DNA of 32,000 nucleotides. Origin: Phycisphaera mikurensis NBRC 102666 (GTDB taxonomy: Bacteria; Planctomycetota; Phycisphaerae; Phycisphaerales; Phycisphaeraceae). Positions 31,540 through 32,000 of this stretch are shown here, in pieces. Positions within the stretch are counted from its first letter, which is position 1. Every line of letters starts with the position of its first letter. Below the pieces are notes generated by a model. It saw nothing but the letters and a program-made list of their open reading frames with translations. It searched no databases and was not told the DNA's origin. The translations under genes were made by a program, and so were the position numbers. The stretch covers positions 1,260,001 through 1,292,000 of the forward strand of contig NC_017080.1 in assembly GCF_000284115.1 (NCBI RefSeq). Reading direction: 5' to 3'.

Positions 31540-32000
31540 CCGCTCCGTCCGCGGGCTCCTGCCGTCGCTCCACGCGGGAGGCGGGCATCGACGAGGCGAT
31601 GTGCCGGTCGACGAGGCGGTCCAGCGCCGCCTCGTCGCTCGCGGCGGCGCGGGGCGGGGCGGCGTCGGCGGTGCCCGCCCCCTCGGACGAAGGGACGCCC
31701 GAGGCGATGCGCTCGGCGAGCTCCGCGGCGATCCGCTCGGGATCCCGCACTTCGGCTCCCGGTGCCTCCTGGGCGTCGTCGCGTCCCGCCGCGGCGGGAC
31801 CCGACCCGCTGCCCTCGCCGCTCGGGCCGTCTGCGTCCTCCTCGTCGCCGAAGCGGACGGCCGCGAGGACGTCGTCGAGCGCGACGTCCTCTTCCGAGCC
31901 CTCCTGATCGTCCCCGAAGCCCGGCGTCTCCGCGGCGGCCGCGGACGCCGCCTCGGCCTCGGCCTCGGCCGCGTCGGAACTCCCGATCCTCCGGGCCGCG
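31523..32000 (-). CDS. Acidic low-complexity hypothetical protein, partial (5' end beyond the right window edge)
   Basis: My translation shows that the frame of track ORF 31523..31750 stays open to the window end (...AAEAEAEAASAAAAETPGFGDDQEGSEEDVALDDVLAAVRFGDEEDADGPSGEG...). GC3 is high. It overlaps the start of the kinase-like gene. Confidence 0.4.
   Translation of the reverse strand, partial: AARRIGSSDAAEAEAEAASAAAAETPGFGDDQEGSEEDVALDDVLAAVRFGDEEDADGPSGEGSGSGPAAAGRDDAQEAPGAEVRDPERIAAELAERIASGVPSSEGAGTADAAPPRAAASDEAALDRLVDRHIASSMPASRVERRQEPADGADERTP

Noticed and set aside
31783-31800. Perfect 18-bp palindrome GTCCCGCCGCGGCGGGAC inside the acidic ORF
   Set aside because: By rough estimate, one such palindrome is about what chance would give in 32 kb at this GC content. 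It does not share the element arms or spacing.

Overview
Very GC-rich (about 70% by eye) bacterial chromosomal window with no rRNA, tRNA, CRISPR, transposase or integrase that I can support. Housekeeping genes: accD (partial), ndk, tatD-family hydrolase, ileS, a cyclophilin PPIase and uxaC. Most of 3.3-15.4 kb is one co-directional minus-strand array. It holds a ligase-associated DNA-damage-response set: an MBL-fold exonuclease, an ATP-dependent DNA ligase and an Lhr-like DEXH helicase. That set is split by an SbtA/SbtB-like transporter pair and lacks the usual metallophosphoesterase. It runs directly into a tightly start/stop-coupled module of Uma2 (PD-(D/E)XK) nuclease, SdpI-like membrane protein, SNF2 helicase and SWIM zinc-finger protein. 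Elsewhere: an exosortase / EpsI / ~1367-aa TPR operon, a histone-H1-like Lys/Ala-tailed protein, a DUF3391/HD-GYP protein with a degenerate HD dyad, and an atypical kinase-like protein coupled to an acidic partial ORF. The most unusual signal is not a gene. It is a dispersed palindromic element, CCGCGGACCG-N26-CGGTCCGCGG, always with exactly 36 nt between arm starts. There are seven copies, five of them perfect. They sit between convergent genes, in divergent 5' regions, and in-frame inside the ligase and SNF2 coding sequences, where both copies read SADR-x8-TVRG. A 9-bp x7 tandem array and an 8-bp tandem array flank the PPIase gene. All family assignments come from motif recognition by eye; no searches were run.
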